The notes beneath the pieces are model-generated. The model was not told where the DNA came from. It did not search any database and saw only the letters and a program-made list of their open reading frames with translations. Source: Thermoanaerobaculia bacterium (GTDB lineage Bacteria; Acidobacteriota; Thermoanaerobaculia; UBA5066). From it: a stretch of DNA of 64,000 nt. A program made the translations under genes and the position numbers. The stretch lies in NCBI GenBank assembly GCA_963809425.1, contig CAWEJK010000009.1, positions 150,526 to 214,525 of the forward strand, read 5' to 3'. The stretch's first letter is position 1. Each line of letters opens with the position of its first letter. Shown one piece after another: positions 29,619 through 39,415 of this stretch.

Positions 29619-30749
29619 TCAGGCCTTCGGCGTCCGCACGGCCAGGGTCTCGTCCGTCTTCCGGATCTCGAGGGCGAGGACGTTCGCCCGGCGCCACGAC
29701 GCGACGAGGTTCGGCATGGCCTCGAGCGGCACGGCGGCCGCGCCGCCTTGCACGAGCGCCGCCTGAAAAGCCTCGGTCAGCCCTTTCGTTTCGGCGTCCT
29801 CGACGGGGCTCTTCGCGGCCGCCTCGGCCGCTGCGCGCCAGGCGTCGAGGTACGCCGCGGACGAGATGCGCTCGCGCCAGAAGCGGCTCAGGAAGGCCGC
29901 GCGGGCCGAGAGCGTTCCCGCCCGCAGCCGTCCCTCCCGCAGCCTCTTCGCCGCCTCGTACTGCACCCACGCCTCGCGCTTCCAGGCCCCGAGCATTCCC
30001 GCGCGCGGGTCGAGCGTCTTGAGGCGCGCGCGCCAGGCCGCCGCATCGACCGGAATCCGCCGCGCGGCCGCGAGCTCCAGGCGCGTCGCGCCGATCGAGA
30101 CGAGCTGGCTCACGATCTCCGGCCGGCCGCGCAGCGAGCCCGTGAGCGCGAAGGCGGCGCGGAGCGATTCCTCCGCGCGCGCGTCCTTCGCGGCGGCCCT
30201 CGCCTCGGCCCGCCCCACGAGCACGCGCGCGAGCTGCATCTGTCCGGAGAGGTTCGGCACGGGCGCCGCGTATAGCTTCGAGACGTCCACCGTCCATTCG
30301 GGCGCGGGCCCCGAGAGAAGTCTTCTTTCGATCGCGTCGAGCACCGGCGCGTGCGCGGCGAAAAACGACGCGACCGGGGCCGGCGGAGGTTCGGGAAGGC
30401 CCTCGGCCTTCGCGGCCTGCGAGTCCGCCCACTTCTCGAGGGGCGCGCGGACCCCGTCCCACTCGGTCTTTTTCGGCCGGCTCATCTCCTCGTCCAGGGG
30501 CTGCTCGCCGCGGGGGCGCATCTCGATCCCGAGCGTCCGCCCCGCGTCCTCGAGGGCGTGCGCCGTCTCGTTCGTGGGATGCGCCGGGAATCGCTCCGTC
30601 AGGAGCTCGAGGCGTCCGAACGACGCCTCCCACGCGGTCTCCGCCGCCCGCTCGCGGCGCGCGGCCCTGAGCGACCCTGCCGCCAGCCAGACGAGCGACG
30701 CCCCCAGGAGGGCGAGAACGAGAAATCCGATTGTCTTACCGATCCGCAT
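29619..30749 (-). CDS. Hypothetical membrane-anchored helical protein
   Basis: N-terminal TM segment after MRIGKTIG, GAGG RBS, ends 4 bp before the mnmA start. Confidence 0.65.
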   Translation of the reverse strand: MRIGKTIGFLVLALLGASLVWLAAGSLRAARRERAAETAWEASFGRLELLTERFPAHPTNETAHALEDAGRTLGIEMRPRGEQPLDEEMSRPKKTEWDGVRAPLEKWADSQAAKAEGLPEPPPAPVASFFAAHAPVLDAIERRLLSGPAPEWTVDVSKLYAAPVPNLSGQMQLARVLVGRAEARAAAKDARAEESLRAAFALTGSLRGRPEIVSQLVSIGATRLELAAARRIPVDAAAWRARLKTLDPRAGMLGAWKREAWVQYEAAKRLREGRLRAGTLSARAAFLSRFWRERISSAAYLDAWRAAAEAAAKSPVEDAETKGLTEAFQAALVQGGAAAVPLEAMPNLVASWRRANVLALEIRKTDETLAVRTPKA

Positions 30750-30801
30750 GCAGGTGCCTCCGACTATTCCGGACGGGGATGATACGGGGCAGAATGCATC
30801 C

Positions 30802-31095
30802 ATGAAACGCCCCGCCAGACTATCCGCGAAGGACGTCGACGCCCGGCTCTCCGCGCTCCCCGGCTGGAATCGCACGAAAGGAAAGCTCCACCGCACCTTC
30901 ACGTTCACCGACTTCTCCGAGGCGTTCGCCTTCATGACGCGCGCCGCGCTCGCCGCCGAGAAGCTCGATCACCACCCCGACTGGTCGAACGTGTGGAACA
31001 AGGTGACGGTGGACCTCAACACGCACGACGCGGGCGGGATCACGGAGCTCGATTTCGAGCTCGCCGTGGAAATGAATCGAATAGCGGGGGATTGA
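30802..31095 (+). CDS. Pterin-4-alpha-carbinolamine dehydratase
   Basis: Motifs F.DFSEAFAFM, AEKLDHHPDWSNVWNKV and THDAGGITELD. Confidence 0.95.
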   Translation: MKRPARLSAKDVDARLSALPGWNRTKGKLHRTFTFTDFSEAFAFMTRAALAAEKLDHHPDWSNVWNKVTVDLNTHDAGGITELDFELAVEMNRIAGD

Positions 31096-31338
31096 AGAAT
31101 TTTGCTGAAGACCCTCGCGCGTCGAGCGGGTGCCGAAGCGAAGGGAGCGGCAGATTTCTTAGAAGGTAAGAAGGGCAAGGCCGGCGCACCGGCTGCCGCT
31201 ACGCTCAATGTGCCGATTTTCCCGCATCACGGGATCTGACCCATGCCGCCGCCGACCTCGTCGCGCGCCGCCCTCGCTCCTGTCTTAATTACTTTCTAAG
31301 CAGATCTTAGGTGCTCTTCGGACGCGGTTCGAAGGGAC

Positions 31339-31354
31339 TGGCACGGTGTGTGAA
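31339..31354 (+). promoter_or_regulatory. Possible sigma54 promoter
   Basis: TGGCACG-GTGT-GTGAA: perfect -24 box but a variant -12 box, 28 bp upstream of ATG 31382. Confidence 0.4.
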
Positions 31355-31381
31355 GAGCGGCGCTCGGGAGACCCGACCGCC

Positions 31382-31666
31382 ATGTCCCAGAAATGCGTGG
31401 AAATGATCTTTGGAAGGCTCGCGACCGACGAAGAGCTGCGCCAGGAATTCCGGCGGGATCCAAAGGGGACCCTCGGCAAACTCGCCGCCTGCGGCGTGGA
31501 GCTGACGACGGCCGAGCGTGACGCTCTTCTCGCAACGAACGGAGCGCTCTTCGAGCGCCTCGCCGAAACCATCGACCCTCGCCTCCAGAAAGCGAGCCTG
31601 CGCCCGGAGGAGGCGCGAAGGCTTGGTTCCGAAAGGAGCCCCGACGCCGAAAGGAGACCTTCGTGA
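31382..31666 (+). CDS. Small NHLP-clan/Os1348-like protein
   Basis: MSQKCVEMIFGRLATDEELRQEFRRDP...GVELTTAERDAL resembles nitrile-hydratase-like leader peptides; GTGA overlap with the TolC gene. Confidence 0.65.
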   Translation: MSQKCVEMIFGRLATDEELRQEFRRDPKGTLGKLAACGVELTTAERDALLATNGALFERLAETIDPRLQKASLRPEEARRLGSERSPDAERRPS

Positions 31667-33276
31667 TCCGAAAGGTCCTCGCACTGACCCTATGGCTTCT
31701 CGCGCTTCCACTCGGGGCGCAGTCCGTGAACGATCCCGCCCTTCCGCCCGGCGTGCCGCTCTCGCTCGCGGACGCGACGGCGCGCGCTCTCGCCCGCAAC
31801 CACGACATCGCGTTCGAGCGCGACGCGTTCCGGATCACGGACGCGACGGTTCTCCGCACCGAGGGCTCGTACGATCCGTCCTTCCACCTCGACGCGCGCT
31901 ACCGCAACCGCACGGATCCCGTGAATTCGCTCCTGTCGGGCGCGCCGGCGGGCGAGATCTCGCCGTCGGCCGAAGGCTTTGCGGCCACGGCGAGCGTCGG
32001 CCAGCTCCTGCCGACCGGGGGCGCGGTGAGCGTGTCGGCGAGCGGATCGCGCGACCTCACGAACAACTTCATCGCGATCCTGTCCCCCGCGTGGAGCACC
32101 TCCGTCGGCATCGACCTGCGCCAGCCGCTCCTCCAGGGGCTCTCGCTGGATCCGGCGCGGCGCGCCCTGCGCATCGCCCGGATCGACCGCGGGCGCGGCT
32201 CCGCGAGCCTGCGCCGCACCGTGACCGAGACCGTGGCCTCCGTCGAGCGCGCGTACTGGACGCTCGTGGCGGCCCGGCGCGACGTGCTCGTGCGCGAGGC
32301 GAGCGTGAAGCTCGCCGGGGACCAGCGCGACGACACGAAGACGAAGATCGAGGTCGGAACGCTCGCCGAGTCGGAGATCGCGCAGCCGATTGCCGAGCTC
32401 GAGCGCCGCAAGGGCGACCTCTACGCGTCGCAGGAATCCGCCCGCCGGGCCGAGCTCCTCCTCAAGCTTCTCCTCCTGGACGACGAGAACGATCCGGTCT
32501 GGAACCAGCGGCTGCTCCCGACCGACGAGCCGGAGACCGACCTTCGCCGCGTCGATCTCGCGGCCGCGCTGAAGGATGCCGACGCGCGCCGGCCCGAGAT
32601 CGCCGAGGCTTCGGCCCGGGTGGAGGAGCGCGACGTGGACCTCGATCTCGCGAGGAGCCGCATCCTTCCGCAAGTCGACCTCGTGGCCTCGTACGCGCGC
32701 CGCGGCCTCGCGGGCGACCTGAACCCGAATGCGCCCACGACCGGCTTCACGGGGCAGCCCGTCGTCGTGCCGGACGCGATGAACGGCGGCCTCGGGCGGT
32801 CGTTCGGCACGATCGGGGAGGGACGATTCCCCGACGCGTCGATCGGCGTCTCCGTGACGGTGCCGATCCTGAACCGCGCCGCTCGCGGCGACGCCGCGAT
32901 CGCGAAGGCGCAGAAGAGCCAGGCCGTGACGACGCTTTCCCAGCAGAAGCAGCGCGTCGCGGTCGAGGTGCGCAATGCCGCGTTGACGCTCGAGACCGCG
33001 GCCGCGCGCATCGAGGCCGCGAAGGCGGGGCGCGCGGCTGCCGAGACGCAGCTCCGCGCCGAGCAGGAGCGTTACGGCGTCGGCCTGTCCACGAATTTCT
33101 TCGTTCTCACCCGCCAGAACGAGCTCGCGCAGGCCTCTCTCACCGAGACCGCGGCGCTCACCGATTACCGCAAGGCACTGACCGACTTCGCGCGTTCCAC
33201 GGGAATTCTCCTCGACGAGCGCCGCATCGAGATCCGGGACGACGCTCCGGCCTTCCAGGCCGCCGGGGGAAAGTGA
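31663..33276 (+). CDS. TolC family outer-membrane efflux protein
   Basis: Signal peptide, LSLADA..RAL..N, QPLLQG, VERAYW, VPILNR and GLSTNFFVL..Q. Confidence 0.92.
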   Translation: MIRKVLALTLWLLALPLGAQSVNDPALPPGVPLSLADATARALARNHDIAFERDAFRITDATVLRTEGSYDPSFHLDARYRNRTDPVNSLLSGAPAGEISPSAEGFAATASVGQLLPTGGAVSVSASGSRDLTNNFIAILSPAWSTSVGIDLRQPLLQGLSLDPARRALRIARIDRGRGSASLRRTVTETVASVERAYWTLVAARRDVLVREASVKLAGDQRDDTKTKIEVGTLAESEIAQPIAELERRKGDLYASQESARRAELLLKLLLLDDENDPVWNQRLLPTDEPETDLRRVDLAAALKDADARRPEIAEASARVEERDVDLDLARSRILPQVDLVASYARRGLAGDLNPNAPTTGFTGQPVVVPDAMNGGLGRSFGTIGEGRFPDASIGVSVTVPILNRAARGDAAIAKAQKSQAVTTLSQQKQRVAVEVRNAALTLETAAARIEAAKAGRAAAETQLRAEQERYGVGLSTNFFVLTRQNELAQASLTETAALTDYRKALTDFARSTGILLDERRIEIRDDAPAFQAAGGK

Positions 33277-33278
33277 AC

Positions 33279-34337
33279 ATGGCCCGATCGAACATCGCAC
33301 CGATTCTCACGGCCTCTCTCGCCGCCCTCGGCGTTCTCGCCGGCGCGGGCTGCTCGCGGAACGCGAACGGGCGCACGACCGGGGCCGCGCCGGCGTCCGC
33401 GCCGATCCCCGTGCGGGCCGCCGCCGTGGAGAGCCGCGTCCTCCCGCGCGTCCTCGAGGTCACGGGCGCCCTCACCGCGGACGAATCGGCGGACGTGGCC
33501 TCCGAGCGCGACGGAAACGTCGCGAGCGTCCGCGTGGAGCGGGGGACCTACGTCGAGAAGGGGGCCGCCCTCGCGACCCTGGACGACCGCGACGCGAAGG
33601 CGCAGCTCGACCAGGCGCGCGCGAGCCTCGCGTGGGCCGAATCCGAATACGCGCGGTACGCCGAGCTCCGGCAGAAACAGGTCGTCGCGAAGTCCGAGAA
33701 CCAGCGCAAGGAGACCGACCGCGACCTCGCCCGCTCCGCGCTCACCCTCGCCGAGAAGGCTTTCGCCGACTGCACGATCCGCGCGCCGTTCGCGGGCGTC
33801 GTCACGGAAAAAAAGGTCTCCGCGGGCGCCTATGTGCGGCGCGGCCAGGCGATCTGCGGCCTCGTGAAGATCGACCCGCTCCGCGCCGAGCTCGCGATCC
33901 CCGAGTCGGCCGTGTCCGCGATCCAGATCGGACAGAAGGGGAAGCTCAGCGTGCAGTCGTTCCCGGATCGGGCGTTCGACGCCGCGGTGCGCTACATCGG
34001 CCCCTCGCTGCGTTCCGAGTCGCGGACGCTCGTCGTCGAGGCGGTCGTGCCGAATCCGCAGCGCCTCCTGAAGCCCGGCCTGTTCGTGACCGCGCGCCTC
34101 GCGCTTCCGAAGTCGGAGAAGACTCTCCTCGTGCCGTCCGCCGCGGTCCTCACGGACTCGGGCGTCTCCCACGTCTTCGTGCTCTCCTCCCAGCGGGTCG
34201 TCGAGCGCATCGTGGCGCTCGGCGACGTCTACGGCGACGCGGTCGAGGTGCGCTCGGGCCTCGGGGAGGGCGATCGTGTGGTCGTCAGCCCCGACCGCCG
34301 CCTCACGGACGGCCTCGAAGTCGTCCGGCGCGACTGA
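33279..34337 (+). CDS. RND efflux periplasmic adaptor (lipoprotein)
   Basis: Lipobox-like GAGC, VERG..V.KG..LA.LD, IRAPFAGVV, LKPGLF and GLGEGDRVV. Confidence 0.92.
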   Translation: MARSNIAPILTASLAALGVLAGAGCSRNANGRTTGAAPASAPIPVRAAAVESRVLPRVLEVTGALTADESADVASERDGNVASVRVERGTYVEKGAALATLDDRDAKAQLDQARASLAWAESEYARYAELRQKQVVAKSENQRKETDRDLARSALTLAEKAFADCTIRAPFAGVVTEKKVSAGAYVRRGQAICGLVKIDPLRAELAIPESAVSAIQIGQKGKLSVQSFPDRAFDAAVRYIGPSLRSESRTLVVEAVVPNPQRLLKPGLFVTARLALPKSEKTLLVPSAAVLTDSGVSHVFVLSSQRVVERIVALGDVYGDAVEVRSGLGEGDRVVVSPDRRLTDGLEVVRRD

Positions 34338-34358
34338 GCGGCGAAAGGAAACCATCCC

Positions 34359-37300
34359 GTGCAGGCTCTCGCCCGTCTCTGCGTCCGCCGGCCCGTCTTC
34401 GCGTCGGTCCTCATCATCGCCCTCGTCGTCGTCGGGGGCGTCGGCTACACCCGCCTCGGCGTCGACCGCTACCCGCGCGTCGACTTCCCCACCGTCGCGG
34501 TCATCACCCGGCTGCCGGGAGCCGCGCCCGAGGAGGTCGAGACCGAGGTCACGGACAAGATCGAGGAGTCGATCAACACGATTGCGGGCATCGACGACCT
34601 TCAGTCGGTCTCCGCCGAGGGCATCTCGCAGGTGTTCGTGACGTTCGTCCTCGAGAAGAACGTCGACGTCGCGGCGCAGGAGGTCCGCGACAAGGTCAAC
34701 CGCGTCCTCGCGGAGCTGCCGCGCGACATCGACCAGCCCATCGTCGAGAAGCTCGACCCGGACGCGACGCCCGTCCTCTCGATCGCGCTCTCGGGGACCC
34801 GCACGCTGCGCGAGACGACCGAGTTCGCGGACAAGGTCTTCCGGCGCCAGATCGAGTCCGTGAACGGCATCGGTCAGGTCACGATTCTCGGCGGCCGGGC
34901 GCGCCGCATCAACGTGCGGCTCGACACGGAGCGCCTCAAGGCTTACGGGCTCTCCGCCGTGGACGTGCGCCGCGCCCTCCAGACGCAGAACGTGAAGATT
35001 CCGGGCGGCACGCTGAAGAGCGGCGCGAACGAGGCGACGGTGCGCGTGTACGGGCGCGTCCGGAACGCGAAGGAGTTCGAGGCCATCTTCATCACGCAGC
35101 GGAACGGGCTGCCCGTGCGGATCGGCGACGTCGCGACGGTCGAGGACAGCGAGGAGGACGCCGAACGCGCGGCCTCGAAGGACGGCGTCCCGACGGTCGT
35201 CCTCTCGGTCCGCAAGCAGTCCGGCACGAACACCGTCGAGGTCATCGACGCGCTCAAGAGGCGCCTCGCCGAGATCGCGCCGCAGCTTCCCGCCGGCTAC
35301 ACGACGGAGATCGTCCGCGACCAGTCGCAGTTCATCAAGGCGGCCGTCGACACGGTGCAGGAGCACCTCGTCCTCGGCGGGTTCCTCGCGGCGCTCGTCG
35401 TCCTCGTCTTCCTCGGAAACCTCCGCTCGACTCTCATCGCCGCGATCGCGATTCCGACGTCCATCGTCTCGACGTACGCGCTCATGTACGCGATGGGATT
35501 CACGCTGAACGTCCTGACGCTCCTCGCCCTGACGCTCGCGGTCGGAATCGTCATCGACGACGCGATCGTCGTCCTCGAGAACATCTTCCGGTTCATCGAG
35601 GAGAAGCACGTCGCGCCGTTCCAGGCGGCGATCGACGCGACGAAGGAGATCGGCCTCGCGGTCCTCGCGACGACTCTCTCGCTCGTGGCCGTGTTCCTCC
35701 CCGTCGCGTTCATGGGCGGCATCGTCGGGCGGTTCATGAACTCGTTCGGCCTCACGATGGCGTTCGCGATCCTCGTCTCGCTTCTGGTCTCGTTTTCACT
35801 GACTCCCATGCTGTCGGCCAGGTTGCTCAGGAGGAAAGAAGAGAAGGAAGATAATTCCAAATCCCGCGGCTTCTACGGCTACATCGACCGCGCGTACATG
35901 GCGATGCTGAAATGGTCGATGGGCCACCGCTGGGTCATCGTCCTCGTCTGCATCCTCGCGCTCCTCACGGTTCCGATCCTCTTCAAGATCGTCCCGAAGA
36001 ACTTCCTCCCCTACGACGACGAGGCCCAGTTCGAGGTGAACTTCCGCGCGCCCGAGGGGACCTCCCTCGAGGCGACCGCCCTCATCGGAAATCGCATCGC
36101 GAAGCAGGTGAAGACGATGCCGGGCGTCGCCTACGCCCTCCTCACCGTCGGCGCGGACGACGCGAAGACACCGAACCTCGGAAGCGTCTACGTGAAGCTC
36201 GTGGACGCGAACAAGCGCAAGGACGCCCAGACGACGGTCATGGACAAGGTCCGCAAGGAGCTGCTCCCGCGTTTCGCGGACGCGAAGCTGCGCACGGACG
36301 TCTCGTACGTCAACGCCTTCTCGAGCGGCCAGAAGAACGCCGAGATCATGTTCGTCGTGAACGGGCCGGACCTCGCGAAGCTCTCCCAGGTCTCCGACGC
36401 GCTCATGAAGAAGCTGTCCGGGGTTCCCGGCATCGTGGACGTGGATTCGTCTCTCATCTTCGGAAAGCCCGAGCTCGGGGTGACGGTCGCCCGCTCGAAG
36501 GCGTCGGATCTCGGCGTCTCCGTCGCGGACGTCGCGGAAACCCTGCGCGTCCTCGTCGGCGGCGAGAAAGTCTCCGCGTTCGACGACGGGGGCGAGCAGT
36601 ACGACGTGTATCTCCGCGCGCGGCCGCTCGACCGGGCCGACGAGGCGAGCCTTCGCCGCTTCAACGTGCCCTCGAACCGCCTCGGCGCCGTTCCCCTCGA
36701 GGACGTGACGTCTTTCCGCAACGGGACCGGCCCCTCGGAGATCAAGCGCCTGAACCGGCGGCGCCAGGTGACGATCCTCGCGAACATGAATCCCGGCTTC
36801 TCGTCGCAGGCCGCGATCGACCTTCTCTCGAAGGAGGCGAAGGCGATGAACCTCGACCCGTCCTACACGTACCGGTTCATCGGCCGGTCGAAGGAGCAGG
36901 GCCGCGCCGCGCAGAACTTCCTGCTCGCGTTCGCGCTGTCGTTCATCTTCATGTACCTCATCCTCGCGGCGCAGTTCGAGAGCTGGCTGCACCCCATCAC
37001 GATTCTCCTCGCGTTGCCGCTCACGGTGCCGTTCGCGCTCGTCTCGATCCTCGTCGCCGGGCAGTCGGTCAACATCTTCACGTCGCTCGGCATCCTCGTG
37101 CTGTTCGGCGTCGTGAAGAAGAACTCGATCCTCCAGGTTGAGTTCTCGAACCAGCTTCGCGAGCGCGGCATGGAGCGCGACGCGGCGGTCATGCTCGCGT
37201 GCCGCGAGCGGCTTCGCCCCATCCTCATGACCACGCTCGCGTTCGTGGCGGGCATGCTGCCGCTCCTCGTCTCTTCCGGACCGGGCGCGGGCACGAACCG

Positions 37301-37493
37301 CGCGATCGGTTCGGTCATCGCGGGAGGGCAGACACTCGCCCTCCTGCTCACGCTCCTCGCGACGCCGGTCGCGTATTCGCTTTTCGACGACCTGCAGACC
37401 GCGGCCGGGCGGATCATCCGGCGGCTGCGCGGCCTCGAGCCGGCGCAGCGCGCGAAATCGCGGCTCGGAGCGCCGGCTCCGGCGGAGCTGTAG
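34359..37493 (+). CDS. RND efflux permease (AcrB/MdtB-like)
   Basis: 1044 aa; motifs RRPVFA, GIVIDDAIVVLENI, SLTPML, GVVKKNSIL and RLRPILMTT. Confidence 0.96.
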   Translation: MQALARLCVRRPVFASVLIIALVVVGGVGYTRLGVDRYPRVDFPTVAVITRLPGAAPEEVETEVTDKIEESINTIAGIDDLQSVSAEGISQVFVTFVLEKNVDVAAQEVRDKVNRVLAELPRDIDQPIVEKLDPDATPVLSIALSGTRTLRETTEFADKVFRRQIESVNGIGQVTILGGRARRINVRLDTERLKAYGLSAVDVRRALQTQNVKIPGGTLKSGANEATVRVYGRVRNAKEFEAIFITQRNGLPVRIGDVATVEDSEEDAERAASKDGVPTVVLSVRKQSGTNTVEVIDALKRRLAEIAPQLPAGYTTEIVRDQSQFIKAAVDTVQEHLVLGGFLAALVVLVFLGNLRSTLIAAIAIPTSIVSTYALMYAMGFTLNVLTLLALTLAVGIVIDDAIVVLENIFRFIEEKHVAPFQAAIDATKEIGLAVLATTLSLVAVFLPVAFMGGIVGRFMNSFGLTMAFAILVSLLVSFSLTPMLSARLLRRKEEKEDNSKSRGFYGYIDRAYMAMLKWSMGHRWVIVLVCILALLTVPILFKIVPKNFLPYDDEAQFEVNFRAPEGTSLEATALIGNRIAKQVKTMPGVAYALLTVGADDAKTPNLGSVYVKLVDANKRKDAQTTVMDKVRKELLPRFADAKLRTDVSYVNAFSSGQKNAEIMFVVNGPDLAKLSQVSDALMKKLSGVPGIVDVDSSLIFGKPELGVTVARSKASDLGVSVADVAETLRVLVGGEKVSAFDDGGEQYDVYLRARPLDRADEASLRRFNVPSNRLGAVPLEDVTSFRNGTGPSEIKRLNRRRQVTILANMNPGFSSQAAIDLLSKEAKAMNLDPSYTYRFIGRSKEQGRAAQNFLLAFALSFIFMYLILAAQFESWLHPITILLALPLTVPFALVSILVAGQSVNIFTSLGILVLFGVVKKNSILQVEFSNQLRERGMERDAAVMLACRERLRPILMTTLAFVAGMLPLLVSSGPGAGTNRAIGSVIAGGQTLALLLTLLATPVAYSLFDDLQTAAGRIIRRLRGLEPAQRAKSRLGAPAPAEL

Positions 37494-37502
37494 AGTCGCG
37501 AC

Positions 37503-38507
37503 ATGCGGATTTCCACGCGACCCGTCGCCGTCACGTTCGCCGCCCTTGCCCTCGCGGCCGGCGGGTGCCGGGCGAAGGACGACGGCTCCGTGCACCTGAA
37601 CGGCCGACTCGAGGCGCCCGTCGTGGACCTCGCGCCGAAGGTCGCCGGACGCGTCGTCGAGGTCAAGGTCCGCGAGGGCGACCGCGTGAAAGCGGGCGAC
37701 CTCATCGCCCGCCTCGACCTCGGCGAGACCGCGCTCGCGCCGGAGCGGGATACGAGAGGGCTCCAGTCGGCGGAAGCCCGTTTGAACGACATGAAGGTCG
37801 GAAGCCGGGCGGCGGAGATCAGAGCCGCTGAAGAAGAGGTCGCGGACCGCCGCGCCGGAGTCGAGCTGGCGAAGCCGGAGCTCGAGCGCCAGCAAATTCT
37901 TCTTTCTAAGAAAGTAGGAACTCTTCGTGACCTGGAGGTTGCGCGCACGAATCTCGAACGCGCGCAGGCCAACCTCAAAATGAGCCAGGAAAAGCTGCAG
38001 CTCGCCCGCGAGGGTTTTCGCCAGTTTCAGACGGAACAGGCGCGCGCGGACGTCTCTCGCGCGCGCGCCGTGCTCAGGCAGTCCGAATCCGTCGCGCGGG
38101 AAGCCGACATCCGCGCGCCCGCGGACGGAGTCATCCTCCACCGGATGGCCGAGCCGGGCCTCCTCCTCGGCCCCGGCCAGCCGGCCGTGACGCTCGCTTT
38201 CGCGGACCGCCTCTACGTCCGAACGTTCATCCCCGAGACGCAGCTCGGCAAGGTCCGCCCCGGCAGCGCCGCCGAAGTGACGGTCGACGCGTTTCCGGGA
38301 AAGGTGTTTCCCGGGAAGGTCACGGAGATCTCGCCCGACGCCGAGTTCACGCCGAAGCCGGTCGACACGCCCCGCGAGCGCGTGAATCTCGTCTATGCCG
38401 CGAAGGTCGACCTCGACGCGGGCTGGAGCGCGCCGCTCGTGCCCGGCCAGCCGGCCGACGTGCGCGTGAAGACCGCGGAGAGCTCCGCGAAAAGCTCCGT
38501 CAAGTGA
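37503..38507 (+). CDS. HlyD family adaptor (YbhG-like)
   Basis: Lipobox-like, VREGDRVKAGDLIARLD, IRAPADG and ISPDAEFTPK.V.T..ER..LVY. Confidence 0.9.
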   Translation: MRISTRPVAVTFAALALAAGGCRAKDDGSVHLNGRLEAPVVDLAPKVAGRVVEVKVREGDRVKAGDLIARLDLGETALAPERDTRGLQSAEARLNDMKVGSRAAEIRAAEEEVADRRAGVELAKPELERQQILLSKKVGTLRDLEVARTNLERAQANLKMSQEKLQLAREGFRQFQTEQARADVSRARAVLRQSESVAREADIRAPADGVILHRMAEPGLLLGPGQPAVTLAFADRLYVRTFIPETQLGKVRPGSAAEVTVDAFPGKVFPGKVTEISPDAEFTPKPVDTPRERVNLVYAAKVDLDAGWSAPLVPGQPADVRVKTAESSAKSSVK

Positions 38508-39415
38508 TCCGCGCCGAGAAGCTCGTCCGGAGCTTCGGCAGCCGGCCGGCGCTGCGCGGAATCGACCTCGCGATCGCGCGCGGCGAGATGTTCGCGCTCA
38601 TCGGGCCCGACGGCGCCGGCAAGACCACGTTCTTCCGGATCGTCGCCGGTCTTCTCGCGCCGACGTCCGGCCGCGTCGCGCGCGAGGACGTGCCGTTCGG
38701 TATGGTGCCGCAGCGCTTCTCGCTCTACGAGGACCTCACCGTGGACGAGAACCTCGACCTCCGGGCGCGGCTCTACTCCGTTCCGCCCGCCGAAGGCCAG
38801 GGGCGCGCGCGCGACCTCCTCTCGCGCGTGGGCCTCGAGCGCTTCGGCGCGCGCCTCGCGGGCGCGCTCTCGGGCGGCATGAAGCAGAAGCTCGCGCTCG
38901 TCGCGGCGCTCCTGACGCGCCCGGCGCTCCTCCTCCTCGACGAGCCGACGACCGGCGTCGATCCCGTCTCGCGCCGCGAGTTCTGGCAGGTCCTGAACGC
39001 CCTTCACCACGAGGGCCTCACGATCGTCGTCTCGACGCCGTACATGGACGAGGCCGAGTACGCCTCGCGAATCGGATTTCTCGACGAGGGACGGCTCGTG
39101 GCCACGGGGACGCGCGACGAGATCCTCGCGGCCTATCCCCGCCCCCTCGTCGAGATCGCGACGGACGCGCGCGGCGAGGCGCGCGCGCGCCTCGCCGCCA
39201 TGCCGGAGCTGGACGACATCTCTTTGTTCGGGACGCTGCTTCATGTCCGGGGAAGAGAAGAGAAAAGAGAGGAAGGAAGAGAAGATTTCTTAGAAGGTAG
39301 AGTGATCGAGGCGCTCAGGGGGGTCGTCCCGGCGGAGAACATCCGCCGCGTGGCGCCTAACCTCGAAGATGCATTCGTCCTGTTCAGCGAGCACGACACA
39401 GAGGCGGCCGCATGA
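38504..39415 (+). CDS. ABC transporter ATP-binding protein
   Basis: Motifs GPDGAGKTT, LSGGMKQK and LLLDEPTTGVDP. Confidence 0.93.
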   Translation: MIRAEKLVRSFGSRPALRGIDLAIARGEMFALIGPDGAGKTTFFRIVAGLLAPTSGRVAREDVPFGMVPQRFSLYEDLTVDENLDLRARLYSVPPAEGQGRARDLLSRVGLERFGARLAGALSGGMKQKLALVAALLTRPALLLLDEPTTGVDPVSRREFWQVLNALHHEGLTIVVSTPYMDEAEYASRIGFLDEGRLVATGTRDEILAAYPRPLVEIATDARGEARARLAAMPELDDISLFGTLLHVRGREEKREEGREDFLEGRVIEALRGVVPAENIRRVAPNLEDAFVLFSEHDTEAAA